A DNA stretch of 64,000 nt from a virus (taxonomy: Duplodnaviria; Caudoviricetes). Positions 36,220 to 46,700 of this stretch are shown in pieces. The notes below the pieces were generated by a model. It saw nothing but the letters and a program-made list of their open reading frames with translations. It searched no databases and was not told the DNA's origin. The stretch lies in IMG/VR virus record IMGVR_UViG_3300046779_001679, positions 1-64,000 of that record; one strand, written 5' to 3'. Every line of letters begins with the position of its first letter. The stretch's first letter is position 1. Made by a program: the position numbers and the translations under genes.

Positions 36220-36639
36220 TTAGCCGTTTCCGTCGCCTGCTTCGATAACTTCTGCTGTAAATGGCCAAGGGCCTTGATGCCCGTTGTGACGCTTGTAATG
36301 GTCATATTTGTTATTGCTACGAGCATGATTCATCATACGATCTGCAATTGTTTCTGCAAGATCGCGGCTTGCGTAGCTAGCAATAGCTGCCCACCCACCT
36401 TGGTGAGCACGCATCATTCTACGAATAGCTTCGTCCGGGCTTAAACGTGTAGCATGAATAATGGCTTCAACAACAACTTCCATTGGCGTAATAGGGTCAT
36501 TTAAAATTACAACAGTAAACCCGCCTGGTAAGTGTACAGGAACTTCTTGCTGCTGACGATCCGGTGTTCTAACAGGAGGACGGTCAACAACGTCGGAATC
36601 ACCTGCTTCTACAATTTTAATAAGTTCCCTAATGTTCAT
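36220..36639 (-). CDS. clpS: ClpS-like N-degron adaptor
   Basis: VVILNDPITPMEVV...EA..RMM.AH..G.A....RDLAET. Confidence 0.85.
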   Translation of the reverse strand: MNIRELIKIVEAGDSDVVDRPPVRTPDRQQQEVPVHLPGGFTVVILNDPITPMEVVVEAIIHATRLSPDEAIRRMMRAHQGGWAAIASYASRDLAETIADRMMNHARSNNKYDHYKRHNGHQGPWPFTAEVIEAGDGNG

Positions 36640-36642
36640 AAA

Positions 36643-37410
36643 TTATCCTAAAACAAATGTATAAGGTACGCCGCCTGGCACTAGATTTTCAATTTCTTTT
36701 TCTAGCTTTTCAATTTCTTTTTCGCCCTCTTGTTTTAGGGTTGCACCATTCATTTGAATGCCACTGCCTGGGCCAGCAATGCTAGCAAACTTGCTACGAG
36801 CTTCACCTAACTGTAACTTAGCTACAGCTAAAGCATAGTCATAAAGCCATTGTTTAGCGTAAATATCGTCTAATAATGCCCAGTCTGGACGGTAGTTATA
36901 CGTCTGGAGCAATATTTGCTCTCCTGCGGCAAAAGGACGTTGTAAAATAGTTAGCGTATGAGCTTGTTGTTTCCACTTATATTCGATATAACTACCGAAC
37001 ATACGTCCTACTAATTTTTGATACCCTGCAAACATTTCGTACGTTGCTAGTCCGCCCATCATTGTACCACTTAGCAAATAGGTATTTGTATATGCTAAGT
37101 TAAATGGTTCAAAAAGGGTACCGCCTGCGCCTAACCCACTTCTACTTCCAATTGCACGTCTAAACACATTTCTTACTTCTATTACTTCGTCGGGCAAGCG
37201 GTACTCGTTTTGATCCTGGATTAGTTCCAAGAACATATAGCTTTCTTCAACTGCGCCTGAACTACGCTGTCTATACTTTGTTAAAGCACGATTTAAAGCA
37301 ATTTCTAAGTGCTTTGGATCAAGTTCAACTTCTACCATTCCGTCACCTAGCATGGCGCGGACGTAATCAAATACTTGGTTTCTTTTTTGGACTGCGGTAA
37401 TTTCAGACAT
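36643..37410 (-). CDS. Neck protein (T4 gp13-like)
   Basis: MLGDGMVEVELD, W..DYALAVAKLQLGEARSKF, MNG..L..EG..E. Confidence 0.85.
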   Translation of the reverse strand: MSEITAVQKRNQVFDYVRAMLGDGMVEVELDPKHLEIALNRALTKYRQRSSGAVEESYMFLELIQDQNEYRLPDEVIEVRNVFRRAIGSRSGLGAGGTLFEPFNLAYTNTYLLSGTMMGGLATYEMFAGYQKLVGRMFGSYIEYKWKQQAHTLTILQRPFAAGEQILLQTYNYRPDWALLDDIYAKQWLYDYALAVAKLQLGEARSKFASIAGPGSGIQMNGATLKQEGEKEIEKLEKEIENLVPGGVPYTFVLG

Positions 37411-37427
37411 GTTTTGCTCTCCATGTA

Positions 37428-37447
37428 TATTTAGCTACTGATAAATA
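37428..37447. promoter_or_regulatory. Divergent late promoter pair (TAAATA minus, ATAAATA plus)
   Basis: TATTTA at 37428-37433 and ATAAATA at 37441-37447 between the gp13- and gp14-like genes. Confidence 0.75.
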
Positions 37448-37452
37448 TCATT

Positions 37453-38874
37453 ATGCCACGAATATCTTTATATAAGCCCGAACGAGGGCAAGACTACAAG
37501 TTTATAGATCGACAAATTAGCGAAATGTTTCAGGCTGGCGGTACTGATGTGTTTTTGCACAAGTATTTAGGTGCAAATACTGCACAAGAAAATGCAACTG
37601 CTGATCAACCGCATTATGCAACTACTGCTGTCACTAACATACAAGACTTGTTGTTTTTAGAAAATAGAGATAGAAAATATGATAGTTCTATCTACAGAAT
37701 TCGCGGGTTTTATAATGTACAAAACATTGATTTTAATTTAAGTCAGTTTGGACTTTTTATTGATAACGATACGTTGTACATGACTGTACACATTAACGAT
37801 TTTATTAGCTATGTAGGTCGTAAGCCAATAAGCGGTGACGTTCTTGAATTACCACACTTAAAAGACAACTTTACGTTAGATGATCACGATTTTGGTATGC
37901 CCAGGTATTATGTAATCGAAGACGTAGGCCGTGCTAGCGAAGGATTTAGTGCTACGTGGTATCCGCATCTATACAGATTACGTGTCAAACGAATTACAGA
38001 TAGCCAGCAATTTGCTGACATCCTTAATAAGCCTGCTTTAGATTCAAACGGGGATCCTGTATCTGATGGTACTACCCTAAGAGATTTAATCAGCACTCAC
38101 AACACAGAATTAGCAGTTAATGATGTTATTGTTGCACAAGCAGAAGTAGATGCTCCTAAGAGCGGATATGAAACAAGACAATTCTATACACTAGCTGTTG
38201 ATCCTACTACAGGTAAAACAGTTTTAAATACTGCCGATACTTTGTCGTTAGATGCTAGCGTTACTTCAACAACGGCATTAGAATCAGCCGCAAGGCCTGT
38301 TAGAACTGGGTATACTGGTTACCTTGTTGGAGACGGATTCCCACAAAACGGCTACGATTTTGGTCACGGTATTCAATTCCCAGATAACCCAGGGCAAGAC
38401 GATTTCTTTTTGCGTACCGACTTTATGCCTAATCGACTATTTAGATTTGATGGTACTAGATGGGCAAAGGTAGAAGATGCTGTTCGTATGAACATGACTA
38501 ATAACGACACTCGATCAACTCTCAAGACTGGCTTTATTAATAACGATGCATTTATCTACAACGATATTGTAAAATCAGATTTTGTAACATTAAGTCGAGG
38601 TGATTATGTAATAGATACCAACATTGATTACACTGTTACTGCACCATTCCTTGAATTTAAATTAAGTACAGTTGTATTTGGTTATCAACTATCAAGCTAT
38701 ACACCTTCGTTGATTAGCAATAACGGTGGAAAAATTAGAATTACATTGCCTGTTATTAACTTAGAACAACAAGTAATCCCAGAAGACGGTAGCTGGCGAA
38801 TTAGTATGTGCAATAACAGAGAAGCACAAAGACAGAGTCTCAGCAAGGCTCTCAGACCTAAGGCGGATTTATAA
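37453..38874 (+). CDS. Neck protein (T4 gp14-like) with C-terminal extension
   Basis: LFLENRDRKYD, DFNLSQFGLF, GRKPISGDVLELPHL. Confidence 0.8.
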   Translation: MPRISLYKPERGQDYKFIDRQISEMFQAGGTDVFLHKYLGANTAQENATADQPHYATTAVTNIQDLLFLENRDRKYDSSIYRIRGFYNVQNIDFNLSQFGLFIDNDTLYMTVHINDFISYVGRKPISGDVLELPHLKDNFTLDDHDFGMPRYYVIEDVGRASEGFSATWYPHLYRLRVKRITDSQQFADILNKPALDSNGDPVSDGTTLRDLISTHNTELAVNDVIVAQAEVDAPKSGYETRQFYTLAVDPTTGKTVLNTADTLSLDASVTSTTALESAARPVRTGYTGYLVGDGFPQNGYDFGHGIQFPDNPGQDDFFLRTDFMPNRLFRFDGTRWAKVEDAVRMNMTNNDTRSTLKTGFINNDAFIYNDIVKSDFVTLSRGDYVIDTNIDYTVTAPFLEFKLSTVVFGYQLSSYTPSLISNNGGKIRITLPVINLEQQVIPEDGSWRISMCNNREAQRQSLSKALRPKADL

Positions 38875-40325
38875 TGCTTCATTTTTACGACGGGCAAATA
38901 AGAAGATACTTAACACAAGTTGTTCGTGTTATGAGCAATTTTACAGTTAAGTACGGAGATGGCACTTTAGTTAGAGTGCCCGTAATGTATGGTGATCCAG
39001 ATAGGCAAGCTGCAACTATTTTAAGACAGAACTCTGAAAATAAAGTTAATTCAGTGCCACGTATTAGCGTTTATATTACTGGACTAGATATAGACAAAGA
39101 ACGTTTGTCAGATGCATCCTTTGTTGGTAACGTCCATATTAGAGAGCGTGAAATTAACAACTCTAACCCTAACAATCCAGTATATACTACCGGCCAAGGC
39201 CGTAACTATACTGTTGAAAGGTTAATGCCAACTCCTTTTAAACTCACATTAAAATGTGATATATGGGCTGCAAATACTGAACAAAAGTTACAAATATTAG
39301 AACAAATTTTAGTATTGTTTAACCCGAGCCTAGAACTACAAACATCGGACAATTATATCGACTGGACTAGTCTTAGCGTTTTAAACTTATCTCAAGTCAC
39401 TTGGTCAAATAGAAGTATTCCGGTCGGTACTGATAGTCCAATTGACATTGCTACACTAACCCTAGATACTCCGATTTGGATTAGTCCGCCTGTTAAGGTC
39501 AAGCACTTAGGTGTTATTACTAGCATTATTACTAGTTTGCATCAAGGCGCTAGCACTGATAATAATGCCTATATCGAAGGTCTTGGACAACCGCTTGCAA
39601 GTTCAGAAGTTACATTATCAACACTGCTTGCACAAGACATTGTAACTATAACTGAATACAATATCGAAGTATATAACAACCAAGCAATTGTATTAGGTAA
39701 ATCAGAAAGTACAATCCCTAGAGAACCAACTTTAGACATTCCGGTAAGACAAGGCTCTCCAATTTCTTGGGAAGAAGTGTTTAGTTACTATCCTGCCAAA
39801 TATGTTGCAGGGTCGTCGACGTTATACTTAGTACAGCCAAACGGATCAGAAATTGTAGGTACTGTTGCTATTAGTCCTTTAGATCCAACAGTATTACAAA
39901 TTAATTGGGATGTTGACACTAGATCCCCGGATAATGATTTGCCAAGCCCAGGTGATAGAAGTGCCAACGGTGGAAGATCATTAGGTACATTCGATGCTAT
40001 CATTGATCCACAAAAAGTTTATCCAGATCACGGAATGACTGCATTAGTTTCTGGAGACAGATTCCTAATTGTTGAAGACATTATTGATACAAGCCAAAAT
40101 AATATTAACGTGCAAGCATGGGGAGGCTTCCTTGCAAAAGCAAATGATATCATTGAATGGGACGGTACTCAATGGCATGTTATTTTTGAAGCAGCTCAGG
40201 AATCCAGTACACTGATATACCAAACTAATATATACAGTGGAGTTCAATATACATGGAATGGTGTATATTGGTCCAAATCATTTGAGGGCGTGTATTCTGC
40301 AGGAAAATGGAGAATAGAACTTTAA
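38874..40325 (+). CDS. Tail sheath stabiliser/terminator (T4 gp15-like)
   Basis: FYDGQIRRYL..F, RVPVMYG, PTPF.L, LQILEQILVLFNP. Confidence 0.88.
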   Translation: MLHFYDGQIRRYLTQVVRVMSNFTVKYGDGTLVRVPVMYGDPDRQAATILRQNSENKVNSVPRISVYITGLDIDKERLSDASFVGNVHIREREINNSNPNNPVYTTGQGRNYTVERLMPTPFKLTLKCDIWAANTEQKLQILEQILVLFNPSLELQTSDNYIDWTSLSVLNLSQVTWSNRSIPVGTDSPIDIATLTLDTPIWISPPVKVKHLGVITSIITSLHQGASTDNNAYIEGLGQPLASSEVTLSTLLAQDIVTITEYNIEVYNNQAIVLGKSESTIPREPTLDIPVRQGSPISWEEVFSYYPAKYVAGSSTLYLVQPNGSEIVGTVAISPLDPTVLQINWDVDTRSPDNDLPSPGDRSANGGRSLGTFDAIIDPQKVYPDHGMTALVSGDRFLIVEDIIDTSQNNINVQAWGGFLAKANDIIEWDGTQWHVIFEAAQESSTLIYQTNIYSGVQYTWNGVYWSKSFEGVYSAGKWRIEL

Positions 40326-40765
40326 CAGATAAAATTGTATGCAGCGGAGCTTTGTTCTACGCTAAATCTACACGAAGACTGTTACTGTTACAAAAATCAC
40401 GCGGTAAGCATCAAGGAACTTGGGGGTTAGTTGGCGGAACTAACTTTCAAAATGAAAACCCATGGCAAGGACTTCAGCGAGAAGTTCAAGAAGAAATTGG
40501 ACAAGTTCCTAAAATTTTAAAAACAATCCCATTAGAAACGTTCGTTAGTAACGACTCTGTGTTTAACTTTCACACCTATTTGTGTGTTGTCGAAAACGAA
40601 TTTGTACCTACACTAAGCGACGAGCATATTGCATGGGCTTGGTCAACTATTGACTATGCTCCTAAGCCCCTTCATCAAGGGCTTAGGAATAGTTTTTCTA
40701 ACAAGACCATTCGCACTAAACTACAAACAGTGTTTGATTTAGTTAGTGTTATTGATAAACTTTAA
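40307..40765 (+). CDS. Nudix hydrolase
   Basis: Nudix box G-TNFQN-E-NPWQGLQ-REVQEEIG; EHIAWAW. Confidence 0.88.
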   Translation: MENRTLTDKIVCSGALFYAKSTRRLLLLQKSRGKHQGTWGLVGGTNFQNENPWQGLQREVQEEIGQVPKILKTIPLETFVSNDSVFNFHTYLCVVENEFVPTLSDEHIAWAWSTIDYAPKPLHQGLRNSFSNKTIRTKLQTVFDLVSVIDKL

Positions 40766-43700
40766 GCCTGTGCTTCACCCCATCGAATAATAATATTCGA
40801 CGAAACTGCTGTTCCAGAAGTCTTATATACGTTAATAGCTAACACGTCTGGACCGTTAGGATAAGTTCCACGACCGCCTAGTGTAGTGTTAGTCAATTCT
40901 TTCAACGCAGACAAATCTAGCGAATTAGATCCACCTGGTGTACTAATGAACGAGAATACAGTTTCCCCAGGCAACGCATATGGTGGTTGACCAAATTGGA
41001 ATGTAACATTACTTCCGCCAGCAATTGTAGTAACAGAACTTTGTGTAAAGTTTACACGATAATACTGTGTTCCTGCAAATGCTGACAACACACTAATCGA
41101 TTGTATCGAAGTACCACTTGGGAATTTATCAACGTCAGCTACGGTTGTTCCAATACCGGCATTATATGTGTTAACTAAGGTTTCCCAACTTGCCTTTGTG
41201 AAATACAAGAACGAGCTGTTTGCACTTAGCACCGATGGTGTAAACGGAACTGTAGTTCCAAAGTTAACGTTGCTTGATGCTGTTTTACTTAACGTTAATA
41301 CGTAGTAAGGAATATAATCAAACGTTAATGATGATCCTGCCGATTGTGCAGTTAACAGTGTATTATTAAATGTTACAGTATAATAGTTTACTCCGTTAAA
41401 TGTTTTCAACGAGCTAATTGTGCTAATCTGTGTTCCCGAAGCAAATTTTGTTGGGTCATTAACTAAACGACCAACTACTGCTGTTGCAACAGGTAACGCA
41501 GTCCAGCTTGATTGCGTAAAGTTCATCGATGTTGAGCCAACGTTTGCTTGACCTGTAACTGAGAACGACGCAAAATTTAACGATGTATTATTAACAACTG
41601 ATCCTGTTGAACTTCCGTTGAAGTTTCCACCGATTCCGGTAAATTGTACATACTGGGTTGTACAAGCTGTTACAGTCCTAGTTCCATTAACTTGCGGAAC
41701 TCCAGCATTACCTGAAACTGTGATAACTTCGCCTACAACATATGGAGCATAGGTTTGTGCTGGGTTAAAATAAATTGTAGCTGTTCCACCAGATACAATT
41801 GTATAGTATGTTGCAATAGTAGATCTTACCGGGTTGTGAATTACCAACGAATTATTACTAAATGTCACAGTATAATAACTTTGTCCTGCTGCTACAGCTG
41901 GTCCAGTAACGTTAGTAACAGTAGTACCAGCTGGGAAATCTGTACTATAAACAGCCGTTCCAATTTGTCCGTTTAAAGCGGTCCAGCTTGCTTGGGTAAA
42001 ATACAAGAAATTAACACCTGCCGCTGTTTTAAAGTTAGGACTTGGCGGTATTGTAGCATTACCTGTTATTAAGCCGATTGTTGTTGCAACCGGAGAAGGA
42101 TTTTCAGCAATTGATGTTATTGTAGTACCGCTAGGGAATCTAGTTTCACTTGCGTCAACAGCAAAACCGGTTGTTGCTCCTAATGTGTCCCACGAATCCT
42201 TTGTTACATATAATGTGTTTGAACCTGATATTGTAGTGAACAACGCATTATTTGGAACTGTTGCGGTTCCAGATAATGTAGCAGTAGTTGTAGCAGTTGC
42301 GTTTGTAGTAGTAGCACCTCCAGACCAACTAACCGAACCACCAGGTGCTACTTGTGCAAAGCTAGGCTGTCCACCAGCAGCAGATGTGTTTAATGCTGAC
42401 CAAGTAATTGCTGTTGGGTCTGTCGGATAGTTTTGAGGATTTAAGATACCTTCAACAACTAAGCCGCCTGCACCTGCGTCTGACGTTACTTCAATGGCTT
42501 GTAAAAGCAATTGGGCTCGGTTGATTAATTCTTTTTCTCCTAAGTCACCAACTTGTGCGTTAGAAACGCTAGGTGCTAAACGAATTAAGAACGCTGTTTG
42601 TTTTGTAGTCGAAGCTTGAACACCAGTTGATGCATAGTTAAAAATGTATCCACGGTCTTCATCAAATAAACCGTCAGTTAAGAAAGCACTACCCCAGTGA
42701 CTAATAATAGGAGTAATTGTGTTACTAATTAATATTACACCAGTGTTAACTTCGTGTGTTGAAGCTGCTCCGGCTCTAAATAGTCGAGGTGCACCGCCTG
42801 TAAACTGAGGTAATGATGCAGATCTAGTACAACCAGTTAATGTATTTCTATTTTTACCAGTAAACGCAATAACTTCATTGTCGACATAAATGTAACCTGA
42901 TTCATCTGGGAACATTGTTGCATCAACTAATGGAATAGTTGTTTGGGTTGCTGTAATCGATTCTCTTAATTTGCTGCTTGCGCCTTCGTTATGTACTTCG
43001 TATCGAACAGGCATGTTACCAGTACGCATATAAGCTTCTGTGTTTACGTTACTGTTACGAATACGGTGTGCAAATACGTAGTTACCGTCTGAGCCTCTTA
43101 GCATAAAGTCGATAAATCCAGCACCGTACCATGACCATTGCATACCGATCATCTGCATCTTAGTAATATCTAGATTATATCCGCTTGGGCCGGTACCATC
43201 TAATTTGTCTAAGTTAAATTGACTTTGCGGAACTACTAGTTCTTGGACTAAGCAAATTTTACTTCCGACACAATCTTTTGCGCCACGGTAATCAGGAGTT
43301 ACATACAACTTAGTTTGACTAGGGACACTAGTGACAACATGCGTCATTCCTTTGATAACAATTTTATCGCCGGCCTTAATTTGATCACGGAATCGTGTGT
43401 TTGTACCAGTTACTAAGTTTGTGTCTTTTTCAATATCTGCTACACCAGCTAGCTGGAATGTGCTAGATCTACGAACAACTGATAACTCTTTGCCATTGTA
43501 TTGCCAGAACATACCGTTTTGTTCATCAAACGTTCCTGCACGAACAGTTGACCCGTGCCAATTTAGAATCGACACTTGTGCATTACTTGAAATATACCCA
43601 TATCTATTACCCAAAGTTGATTGAGCTTGAACTGTAAAAATACGTTCAGTCTGTATACTTACTACAGTGTATTCCCCGTTGAACCCAGTAGTGTCAACGC

Positions 43701-46700
43701 CGGAGATTCTAACTTTTCCACCTATTTGTAATCCGTGGTCTACATCGTCTGTTGTAAATTGAATATAGGATCCAATAGATGTACCAGATGCTGTTGCAGC
43801 TTGTAAATTGTAGCTAGGAGCAAACAATGCGCCGGTTGTATACATTACACCCTTACCAGACTGGTATCGAATGTATTTTTTACTCATACGAATTGCCTGA
43901 CTACCGTGCTGTGGGCCACCAGTTCCTAACTGTACACCACCGTCGAATGGTCTGTGTACAAAGAATGACTGTGGTCTTGCATAAACAATACCAGTTAATG
44001 CAGTAGCAGTATCGATAATACCGTTTGTTCTTGCAGTATATCTAATAGAATTTAAATTAGGAACTTCTTCAATATAGAACGGGCCTTTTGCAAATAGATG
44101 ATTAGTTCCAGAACTAGTAATGTCTACCAATATGCTCATGCCAGGAACTAAACCGTGATAAGTTGGCCAGGTTACTTGAATTGTTGCAATAGCAACAGTA
44201 GTAATAGATGTTGAATTTGCAATACTTCCAATTGTTGGTTCACTAATAGAAACAGCTGACCAAAATGCAATGTTTGCGCCGCCTACTGCTGTTCCAACAA
44301 TCGTTGCATTTGTTATTACACCACCTACATCAACCCCGGTTACAGTAATAGTTGCATCATTTAAAACATCACTGCCGCCAATATCTGTACCGTCAATTTT
44401 TATGACGTCATTAACAGCATATCCAGATCCTCCCAGGTTAGGTTGTACACTATAAGATCCAACGCTTCTAGTAATATCAAAGGATGCATTAACCCCTGGA
44501 GCTATGTTAGTTCCAATCAATGAGTTAAATGTAGCATTAATACTTGATGGTAAACCTGCAGAACTAAAAGTTAAAATACTTCCGCCGACACCTGCTGAAA
44601 CAACTGTAATAGTTAAATCATTAACTCCGTCTTGTCCGCCTAACACACTTCCAAGAATAACAATTTCTTCTCCAAGTACATACGAGTCTCCAGTTGATGT
44701 TATAGTAACATCGTATTCTCCATTGTTTGTTTGAACATTGAATACTGAATTTGCGCCCGAACCTGTAGTTGTTGACTGTGCTAACCCAGTGTATGAGCGT
44801 TCTCCGCTAACACTTGTGCCTGATTGAATTGTAGCAATATCAATTGCGCCGCCGCTTATCGAACTAACTGTAATAGTTAAGTCATTAGTAATATCAGTTC
44901 CGTCTAATAAACTACCTAAGATAGTTATAGTATCACCAACTTGGTAATCGGTTCCTTTTAATACTCGTGTAACATTATAGTTACCTGCTCCATCTAAACT
45001 AACGTTAAATGATGCGCCAGTTCCTACTCCGTCAGTTGAAGATTGGAAAATACCAGAGGCAATGTTTAACGAACTAACAGTTGTTATAGAAATTGTCAAG
45101 TCATTTGTACCGTCAACACCGTCTAATAAACTACCTAAAATTACAACTTGATCAGATGACTGGTAAGAGTTACCAGGATCCACTACTGTTACAGAATACC
45201 CACCTAGCCCGTCTAAACTAACATTAAATGTGGCATTTGCTCCAGCACCTGTAGTAGACGATTGCGAGATAGCTGTAGCAATATCTAATGAAGTTACTGC
45301 TGTAATTGTAATAACAATATCATTAACGCCGTTTGATCCGCTTAGTTGGCTTCCTAAAATAGTAAGTTCGTCGCCAACATTAAACCCTTGACCGTCTGTG
45401 TTCAACGCTACTAGGTATGCACCTGATCCACTATCATTAATGTCAAATGTTGCACCTGTACCAGACCCAGTATTAGAGTCCGGAGTTACACCTAAGAACG
45501 GTCCAATTGGGGAATTTGCAACACCCGAGTGAGTAAATGTAAGTATGCCCCCCGATCCGTCTATGGTATCAACTGTAACAGTTAAGTTGTTTACACCGTC
45601 TGCACCTTCGAGCACGCTACCTAAAATTGTAACTACTTCGCCTACAATATATCCAGAACCAATAGTTGATAACGACACACTATATGCACCTGCGCCAGCA
45701 TCAGTAACGTTAAAAGTTGCGCCTGCGCCAGTTCCAGATGTTGAAGATTGTATTAAGTTTGTAAATGGTCCAACTGGGGAGTTAGGAGTACCGGCAAATG
45801 TAAACGAAACAATATGTTTTCCTAAAACAGCAGTTCCGCTAGTAAGGTAAGACTCAATACCATTACCTAGTACAGCAGCACCTGCATGATTAACTGTTTC
45901 AACTTTTCCGCCAATTACGCTAGCAACTTTAACAATGATATCATTGTCGCCGTCTACTCCACCTAAGTCAGATCCTAAGATTTTAATTCTTGAGTTAGTA
46001 ACGTAATCAACACCAGGTGTAGTAACTAATAAATTAGTATATTGGCCGTTAACACGTTCAACACTAAAGTCTGCGCCACTGCCGCCCGGAATAACGTTTG
46101 TACCGATCACGTTTAGATATGTTTCGGTTGTGCCGCCTTTAGCAACAGTCATTGGACCATTTAATGCTACATCGTTTCCAGAAATTTCAGTTACAAATAT
46201 TGCTGTTCCGCTACCGTTATCGATGGCCATTCCTTCAAGTATGCCTGTAGTATCATTAACAGAAATAATAGTATCTCCGATTTCAATACTAGAATCAACA
46301 ACTGCTAATACTTGCTGACCGCCTGTTCCAACTGTACCTGTAATTTGTGTGCCTGAATTAATGCCTGCAGAACTTAACGGAACACCTAATGCAGGCAATG
46401 CACCTGCAACTGCAATTTGAGAAGACCCGCTAGGTGTTACAAACTTACTAGTAAATGAGCTAGTTTGTCCATTGCTGTAAACGCTAATTGTTGGCGAACC
46501 AATGCTAGCACCTGTGTAAAATCCTGCTTTTCTTAATTGAGTATATGTCGTAGCAAGGATTTGGCCATCAATACTTCCTACCTTTGCAGACGCATAATAT
46601 GTAAACGAGGTTGGACTTGGCACATCTAGGACAATAAAAGTTCCTTCTGCTCTGTTAAAGCCAGACACAGTATTTGCCAAAGACCTAATTGTTATCGGAG

